A stretch of DNA of 64,000 nucleotides, taken from Eledone cirrhosa. Lineage: Eukaryota. The DNA lies in assembly GCA_964016885.1 (NCBI GenBank), contig OZ024743.1, forward strand, positions 152,520,001-152,584,000, read 5' to 3'. Of the stretch, positions 63,846 through 64,000 are shown piece after piece. A program made the translations under genes and the position numbers. The notes beneath the pieces were generated by a model. That model saw nothing but the letters and a program-made list of their open reading frames with translations, was not told the DNA's origin and did not search any database. Within the stretch, counting starts at the first letter, position 1. The number at the start of each line of letters is the position of its first letter.

Positions 63846-64000
63846 TTCATTATTAATCACAAGGGTAAAGCATAAAGAAAGCATTATTAATCACAAGGGT
63901 TGAATAAAGTATAACATTAAGGACAGCAGAGGATGGTACAAAGGGGCATTTCTGCGTGTAAAGAATAAAACGAAACAATAGCAAAGGAAGTAACAAAAGA
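63846..64000 (-). mobile_element. 3' end of another L1/Tx1-like copy (runs off window)
   Basis: Matches 53745-53850; the terminal TTATTAATCACAAGGG is duplicated. Confidence 0.8.

Overview
This AT-rich eukaryotic window has no recognisable intact host protein-coding gene. Its repeat families point to a coleoid cephalopod, probably Octopus, which is an inference from the tRNA-headed SINE and the LINE repertoire. It is mostly transposon debris interleaved with (TA)n, (TAA)n, (CA)n, (GA)n and (CAT)n microsatellites. The retroelements are Penelope-like elements, RTE LINEs with a PHD finger inserted in the RT, a bipartite non-autonomous RTE, two R4/Dong-like RLE LINEs, a HERO-like RLE LINE in tail-to-head arrangement, several L1/Tx1-like LINEs and about 20 copies of one SINE. 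The DNA elements are two decayed Buster-type hAT transposases, a hAT MITE, a Mutator-like foldback element and a small Helitron. The most notable signal is RNA-structural. A hammerhead-ribozyme fold with its three core strands in non-circularly permuted order lies at the junction of two HERO-like units (20827-20948). Three further Penelope-type hammerheads are present, one of them inside a 140-bp palindrome. SINE target-site duplications share an ATTAT start, and the SINE tail resembles the Tx1-like LINE tail. All calls are by eye; no searches or folding were run.
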